A stretch of 54,804 nucleotides of DNA, the filler included, from Dimargaris cristalligena (taxonomy: Eukaryota), in assembly GCA_003614675.1 (NCBI GenBank). It is 4 parts of 4 records of this genome, joined end to end, with 100 filler letters (N's around TTAATTAATTAA, not from the genome) between each part and the next. Parts side by side here need not be neighbours in the genome. Positions count along the whole stretch, not along the records: positions 41,258 to 54,804 come from ML002984.1; 3 more parts are not named here. The stretch is one strand, 5' to 3'. Made by a program: the position numbers and the translations under genes. Position 1 is the stretch's first letter, and every line of letters begins with the position of its first letter. The notes beneath the pieces were generated by a model, which saw nothing but the letters and a program-made list of their open reading frames with translations, had not been told where the DNA came from and made no database searches. Of this stretch, positions 47,938-54,804 are shown piece by piece.

Positions 47938-49512
47938 ATGGCGGTGCTAGCCCCCTTTTGTCTGTGCTTCGTAACCCTTCTGAGTTTTCTTCTCATTTGG
48001 CGCCATTTTAACCTAGAGTTCTCCCTCTATTCAGCCCCCCTGCCGCTCTATGCGGACCTGCTTTTTCACCGACCCGCCGCCTGGTTTCAGTCGTACACAC
48101 CGACCCCCTTCTCCACTTCGTCGCCCGGCGGGCCCCCGGTCCAGCTTCGTCTGCACCAAGTGCTTCACCATGGCACCTCGGACCAAAAAAACCTCTTTCT
48201 CCAGCAGGTGTATACCCCCGCCAAACTTGCCGAATTGGAAATGCGCGTCAACTTGGCCGCTAACCGGGAAGGCCCCCCGCTGCAGCTGACCGACCTCAAC
48301 GTACGCGCTCGTCCGGGCGTTCGGATTCCTTATCCGGAGACGAACCGCCAGGCCTTTTACCGGTATTTACAACGCACCGACCCGGCCTTCCCCAGCGCCT
48401 CGGACCGTCAGCCGGAATATGTGGCGCAGACCTACGGCAATTCAACCCGTATCAATACGCTACCCTTCCGCTACCAGTACCACGCCCTATCCACCCGGCG
48501 TCGCCCCAGCTTCTGGGCGGATTCGCCCGCCGACGAAGCATCTCCCTACGCCGCTACCACTGTCGACTACTCCCGCTTCTCGGGTTCGCACCAGCAGGAT
48601 CAACTACCAGCGCTTAAGATCCCGGACGTAGCCGATAATTACACCATCACCACCCTGGCCCGTATGACCGCCAACGCCTATTCCCTGCCCACCGATGACC
48701 TGTGGTTTGACCTAGCCAACGACCAGTGGTACCAAAACTCCTCATTCGGGTGGGATTCCGATGGGCTGCGCGGCTATGTCTACGGGGACGACAAAAACTC
48801 CACCATCGTCATCACCATCAAAGGGACCAGCGCCCGCTTCTTCCTGGGCGGTGATTCGGAAACGTCGGCCCGGGACAAACTCAACGACAACCGTCTCTTC
48901 TCGTGCTGCTGCGCCCGCATCGACTATTCGTGGTCCACCGTATGTGACTGCTATATGAGTTCGGGGAAATGCAACCAACAATGCCTGGAGGATAGTCTCC
49001 AGAGCGACGACCTGTACTTCCAGGCCGCCGCCAATCTGTTCCTCTACGTGAGCGACCAGTACCCCCAAGCCGATATTTGGCTCACCGGCCATTCCCTGGG
49101 CGGCTCCTTAGCCGGCTTGCTGGGCCTCACGTACGGTCAGCCCACCGTGGGGTTCCAGGCCCCGGGTGATCGCCTGGCCGCTAGTCGCCTCCACCTGCCC
49201 GTCGGCCCCGGCGCCGACATGCGTAAAATGCCCATTTTCCACTTCGGCCATAACGCCGACCCCCTGTTCGTGGGCTCCTGTAACGGCGGCGGCAGTTCCT
49301 GCTACTACGGCGGCTACGCCATGGAATCCAAGTGCCACATAGGATCAAGCTGCATCTTCGACACCGTGCGCGAAAAGGGCTGGCGGGTCAATATCGGGAA
49401 TCACCGCATCCACAAGGTCCTGGACGAGGTCTTGGGTGACGAAAGCATTCCCTGGCCCGCTTGTGAAGTCGACGAAGAGTGCACGGACTGTTCGGACTGG
49501 TCGTTTGAGTAA
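47938..49512 (+). CDS. ATG15: Autophagy-related vacuolar lipase Atg15
   Basis: N-terminal TM after MAVLAP, LARMTANAY, FGWDSDGLRGYVY, IKGTS, DKLNDNRLFSCCCAR, lipase motif TGHSLGG, FGHNADP and YAMESKCH. First ATG at 47938. Confidence 0.95.
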   Translation: MAVLAPFCLCFVTLLSFLLIWRHFNLEFSLYSAPLPLYADLLFHRPAAWFQSYTPTPFSTSSPGGPPVQLRLHQVLHHGTSDQKNLFLQQVYTPAKLAELEMRVNLAANREGPPLQLTDLNVRARPGVRIPYPETNRQAFYRYLQRTDPAFPSASDRQPEYVAQTYGNSTRINTLPFRYQYHALSTRRRPSFWADSPADEASPYAATTVDYSRFSGSHQQDQLPALKIPDVADNYTITTLARMTANAYSLPTDDLWFDLANDQWYQNSSFGWDSDGLRGYVYGDDKNSTIVITIKGTSARFFLGGDSETSARDKLNDNRLFSCCCARIDYSWSTVCDCYMSSGKCNQQCLEDSLQSDDLYFQAAANLFLYVSDQYPQADIWLTGHSLGGSLAGLLGLTYGQPTVGFQAPGDRLAASRLHLPVGPGADMRKMPIFHFGHNADPLFVGSCNGGGSSCYYGGYAMESKCHIGSSCIFDTVREKGWRVNIGNHRIHKVLDEVLGDESIPWPACEVDEECTDCSDWSFE

Positions 49513-50620
49513 TAGTATACCATCCACCCCCTGGACCTGGACCTGGACCTGGAAACAGCGAGACGTGCTAGTGCTGACTGTGTGCCTCTTTAGGTAGTAC
49601 AACCCTCTCATCCATTTACCTTTTTTTTACACATTGGAATCTATCACACTAGTTTACTTTTCGATTCTATATGGTTCTATTTGTAATGGTCTTCTACTTT
49701 AACAAGTTGATATGTTCTTCGGAACCCCCCATCTCCATCTTCGACACATCATACTCCTCAGCTATAATACTCCCTTAGGTCAGAGCCTGACTAAGAGGGG
49801 TTTGAGTCCATTGCTTCTTCTGTGATCGCGTCGCCCTTCTCCGAATTAGAAAACCCGAGTTTAGGGCAGTGGCGGCTGCTCACACCCTTATTAGTAATTA
49901 GAGCCCTCTATCGACCTAAAGTGGACGATGTCTTTCATTTTTGATTATTTCTGTTTTATCTTGCTTTTCGTTTGGCCCTTTGAGCCAATTGTAATATTAT
50001 ATGTACAACCATTCGTATGCCACCGACGCTCTATTTCTTTCCCATTTTATCAAGAGTCTCCGGAATGTCACCAATTAAATATATATTAGCCATATTACAG
50101 CAGTCTATCCTAGCATATGCGAGAGTTAGGCCAACAGGGTATACGCTGCGGACTAGAAGTATTTGTAGATGCTCTACCTTATTTATCGAACAATCGTCAA
50201 CGGGAATTAGACCTTAACGTCCAGACGGGCCAAATTACAGGCCTCCGAACCAAGTTATAACTACATCGGGCCACTTAATTAGGCTGAATACCTCACTATA
50301 TTTATGTAGAATTCAAGGGATAATTTAGGCTGAAGACACTCTAGGATAATTTTGAGAGTCCCAACCCCGAGAGTGTGGACGAATAGGAGGGGGGGAGGGA
50401 TTCCGTCACACTTTGAGAGGCATGAGCCGAATCACACTCCCCACCCACCCACCGCTCCATTCCCCTTATGCCTTTGAATGGATCGAAGCCTCAGACCCCC
50501 TTCCCCATTTTACCCGGCGATACTTAATTACTTGCCTAGACCATTGTCCACTTCTTTGGCATACCTGCTGCATTCCCACCGAAGCCCCCCCCCCCCAAAA
50601 AAAACCAGCCGCCCAGGTAC

Positions 50621-53600
50621 ATGGCTCAACTCATGGGTGTCTGCTGGCTAGGCCGCCCCCTCTCTTTGTCGGGGATTACCCGGCACCCGAATTCTATTTA
50701 CCATGTGGCTCACTCTCGAACAGGCATAGTTGAGGTAATTTTCATTATATATGTTATATAGAAACCATAACTATTTTAGGCGAATAAACGACGATCCGAT
50801 AGGAGATATATTATAATATCTTATTTCGTAGGAGAGGGATGGTGGGGAAAACTGTAGTTACCTCACAAACCAAATTAGCCGTTCGCTTACCATAAAAAAT
50901 AACACCAATCTTAATAACGATACCGCTTCCCCCATGGAATTTAATCGGAATCAGGCCAGCCTCCGATATGGTAGCAGGCGGTCTATTGTAAACAAAGCGC
51001 AGCAGTCCGGACTAGCTTCTCCTCCTTCTGACCCATACCGGGCGTTTGTGCCCAACCCAAGTCGGGATTCTGATACATTGCCTCAAACTGGAGTTCAGTC
51101 GACTGATGGTGCGGCCCGAGGCCCTCTTGATGGTGTTTCAATTGGGATCAAAGACAACATTTGTACCACTGATTTTCGAACCACTTGCGGGTCGCCGTTT
51201 CTTCAAGGTACGTCCCGCATTTTGTATACCTTTTGCTGGTCAAATCAATTGATTTGGATTGTAAGCAACAGCGCTCCCGGATATTTGTGGCCCTTTGTCA
51301 CATTATGTACACCCTGGCTATATGGGTTAGTAATTACTCTGTTTCCCTACTCTTGCTCCACTATATTGTTCCAGACTTCCAATCACCCTATAATGCGACA
51401 GCCGTTAAACTCATTCGGCAGGCGGGCGGACTTATCGTTGGCAAAACGAACCTAGACGAGTTTGGTATGGGGTAAGTTCTACCGCGTAATGTCTTTTGAT
51501 CTAGTGAGATGATGATGAGTGCCAAAGCTTCCAAGACCCATAGTTCCCCATTTTGTGGCCCTTCAATAGTTTATCGCCCTTCGTTACTAACTAATATATA
51601 TCGCGGATGGCTTTCCCGCGTTTCCCTGCAATTTCCTAATTTCACTTTGCATAAAACTAGTTCCACCAGTGTTTTCAGCACACACGGGCCCGTCATTAAC
51701 CCCGTCCCATTTTTAAATGGTGGTAGTGCGAGTCCTAGTGACCCGAGTCTCATGTACAGTGCAGGGGGTAGTTCGGGCGGAAGTGCCGCTGCCGTAGCCG
51801 CCCATCTCTGCGATATGTAAGTTGGCCTTATCTATTAATATGCCATTTGGTAAGCCTTTAAACGAAACTAGATCTCCTCAATCGACCCAGGAAATAGCCA
51901 CACCAGAACCCCGTGCCTCATGATGGACTTGGTATTATCGGGGCTACGTCTCTAATGCGGATCTGATTCAATATATTTAAACTTCCCCATATCCGCTTTA
52001 TCTAGAGCCTTGGGCACTGATACCGGAGGCTCCGTCCGGTTACCTGCCTCCTATTGTGGCATAGTCGGGTTTAAGCCTTCCTACGGAACCATTTCCCGCT
52101 GGGGCGTTGTGGCCTTTGCTAATTCGCTTGATACCGTCGGTATTCTCGCCCGAAGCGTGGGTGACACGCAAAAGGCTTTCGGTAGGTATCTCTCGCTCTG
52201 TGTCTCGTACGCCTGCTTCATTTATAGAGTAATATTGTCATTTCTTGGAGAACATGCAAATAATACTAACTGACTATTAGCACAACGGCCGGTTATTTCT
52301 TCTTCTAATTCTATCGGGTAATACGTTGATTAGATGTGTTGGCGCAGCCCGACCCCAATGATCCCACTTGTTTAACTAGGGAGCACCGGCAAACCATAAA
52401 AAAACTTCACCATCAATCAACAAAGTTGAACGAATTACGCGCCAAATGGACGTCGACCAATCTCTCTGGCTGTCGCATCGGCATCCCCAAGGTAATTCAA
52501 CCTTCTATTTTAGTATTGCTTTTGTTTGTGCCTGGTCGAAATGGATTAGATGAAATTGATGGCCCATAAAACCTCCAGATTCAGTACCCCATTATCACTT
52601 GAGGGCTGCTATATCTATACTTATAACCGGTGTTCTGGTACTAAACTAAATGACTTGCTATTTGGTGAACTGCGATATCCACTCATGCGTAGGAATATTT
52701 GATTGAGGAACTCAATGAGAACGTTACGGCGACTTGGCGCCAGGGAATTGAATACCTTCGGCAGCTTGGTGCTACCATAGTTCCCGTCTCTTGCCCACAT
52801 ACCCGCTACGCCCTGTCCTCCTACTATATTTTAGCCCCCGCGGAAGCGTCTTCCAATCTAGCCCGGTTTAATGGGCTAGCCTACGGTAAGTTATTAGTAT
52901 ATACCTGCATTTTATCCATTAATCTATCAGGTACGGGGATGTCGCTTGGTGCCAGCCAGGCCCTTATAACTAGTCGCCTAAAAACTCTTCACATTTTGGT
53001 CGACATATACTTATACTTCGGCCCATTTAGGCGAACCATTCACCAAGGAAATGGAAGCCATGCAAAGGAGCGATGGATCCGGTGAGCCTACTCTCTACGG
53101 TGCCCAACGGGCCCTTGGTTTCGGAGCCGAAGTCAAACGGCGCATCTTATTAGGCACCTACGTGCTAACCGCCGGAGCGTACCGGGACTACTTCGTACAA
53201 GCCCAAAAAGTACGCCGGCTACTCAAGCAAGACTTTAATAGCCTTTTCCAACTCGCTGATCCATTAGCCATTTTGGAAGAAGGCGGGGGCGATGCTATTG
53301 GGGACGCGATACGCCGCCCAGAAGATGGGGGGACCAGGGTTGATGTCTTACTCACCCCCACGGCTATTTCCCATGCACCGACGCTGAAATCGGCGGCCGG
53401 GGCATTGGATCACACCTCGGACACGGACACGAATGCGGATGCTTCGGCTTCAGTCTCCCCCATTTTAGCGGAATATGTGAACGATGTCATGACGGTACCG
53501 GCTAGTTTGGCAGGTATTCCCGCCATCTCGGTCAATTGTGGTCGGATTAATGTTACGGATGGGTCGCCGACAGAGAAGTTACAGTTGCCGATTGGATTAC

Positions 53601-53689
53601 AGCTTATTGCGCAGTATGGTGACGATACCACCCTTCTTACCATTGCGTCGGCCCTCGAGACTACTTTTAAAGGAGACCGCGCTACGTAG
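50621..53689 (+). CDS. HER2: Glutamyl-tRNA(Gln) amidotransferase subunit A, mitochondrial (GatA/QRSL1/HER2), ~8 exons
   Basis: Amidase signature [38 protein letters not shown] and [12 protein letters not shown], plus GatA-specific [24 protein letters not shown] and YFVQAQKVR. First exon 50621-50734 (presequence-like, phase-0 join to 50955) is tentative; alternative start at 50934. Confidence 0.9.
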
Positions 53690-54754
53690 TCTACCCATAA
53701 ACTGTAGTGGTTTATATAATAAAAGAAATAATGTGACTTTATTTAGTACACCTATATAAGTTTTGGGAAGTGCAAATGAATGAATTTAAAACGTCTACTG
53801 GTATTAAACTATTGCGCGCGAGTTAGCAAGACATAGCAGTAGTCGCCGATGCCGCGTTTTACTTCTTCGTCAAAACTCAGTGTCGTTTTTTATATCGTTT
53901 GTGTATTGTTAGCCGCTTCCATAATCTTACCGACAGTCATACGCGGGTAGCCTCTACTTTCAATGAACCCATACACTAGCCTACCTCCTAATTCGAAGGG
54001 GGTTTTTTTTATGAAATGCATGTAGGATATACTAGTGGAAAATGTGCTTCATGTACGCTTTAGCCTCCTTTTCGACCACCTAGCTAGGCCTATATGATAA
54101 TGGACAGTCCGCGTTGCATAGGGGGCTGCAGAAGACAGCCGTTGATCCCATGTCCGCCCGATCGTATCCGGTACGGTGTAGAAATACTCTTATTCAGCGG
54201 ATGAAGTGGCCAGAATGCCACAGGATGTTAGGAAAACGGAGCAGGGCTTATAATGTTCAATGTTTCCAAAAATAAGCTAGAGCAGATTTATTTTAAGACC
54301 AACTTTTGGATAAGGGAAAATAGGGAGGGATGGGCCAATCCCAGGCTTACCGGATCACCTGATTTTTAGCCCAGCATTGGCTTGCAAAGAATCCAACTCA
54401 GGGAAAATCCTCAAAGTTTTAGAGTAGGAAACCCAATGTCAAAACAAAGCGGTTCAATGAGAAGAGCCAGTCGAGGAGGGGGATTTGCCCTGTTTTAAGC
54501 TTCAACCATTGGCTATAGTTCAACTATTCCCAACGGCAGAGTTGGGTTTTGTACACCCTACCGCTCCGCCCCCCTTCCCAGAAATTGAAGCGGAGAGTTA
54601 TATAATCCGCTGGACCTTCCTGGAGCTCTTTGTCTCGTTTGCTCCGCTTTCGCTATTTTTTTCACTTCCGGTATTCTTTTACCTCCCCTTTACCCCCGTT
54701 TTAATCTCCGTCGGTTGTTCCCCATAACACGAACACCTTCTCCTTTTAATCAAC

Positions 54755-54804
54755 ATGCGTGAATGTATCTCGGTCCACGTTGGTCAGGCCGGTGTCCAGA
54801 TTGG
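54755..54804 (+). CDS. TUB1: Alpha-tubulin, N-terminus only
   Basis: Translates MRECISVHVGQAGVQIG, the canonical alpha-tubulin start, after a pyrimidine-rich leader. Truncated by window end. Confidence 0.93.
   Translation, partial: MRECISVHVGQAGVQI

Overview
Eukaryotic, fungal-type genomic DNA with GT-AG introns and CTAAC/CTAAT-like branch points. Gene content suggests an early-diverging lineage, but I cannot confirm the species. The window is four contigs (13,759, 13,628, 13,570 and 13,547 bp) joined by identical 100-bp N spacers carrying TTAATTAATTAA. The descending lengths point to size-sorted concatenation, so adjacency across gaps is probably not real. Contig 1: 3' part of a HAL/Hrk1-type Ser/Thr kinase and a 6-exon PP4 regulatory subunit 3 (PSY2/SMK-1). 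Contig 2: a solo LTR with a 5-bp TSD, a MITE, a large Ser/Pro-rich orphan ORF, an M3A oligopeptidase and a CpG-free relic. Contig 3: a KRE2/KTR GT15 mannosyltransferase, a GH20 (GcnA/HexD-like) gene with an apparent one-base frameshift, a 13-exon PSMD5/Hsm3-like proteasome chaperone and tRNA-Met(CAT). Contig 4: an inverted LTR pair, a tyrosinase-like gene, a 73-aa two-exon microprotein, a Pro-rich orphan, ATG15, GatA/HER2 and the start of alpha-tubulin. I found no convincing novel multi-gene system. The strongest signals are CpG erasure in repeat DNA, two small transposon families, the GH20 frameshift and architecture, and the unannotated microprotein.
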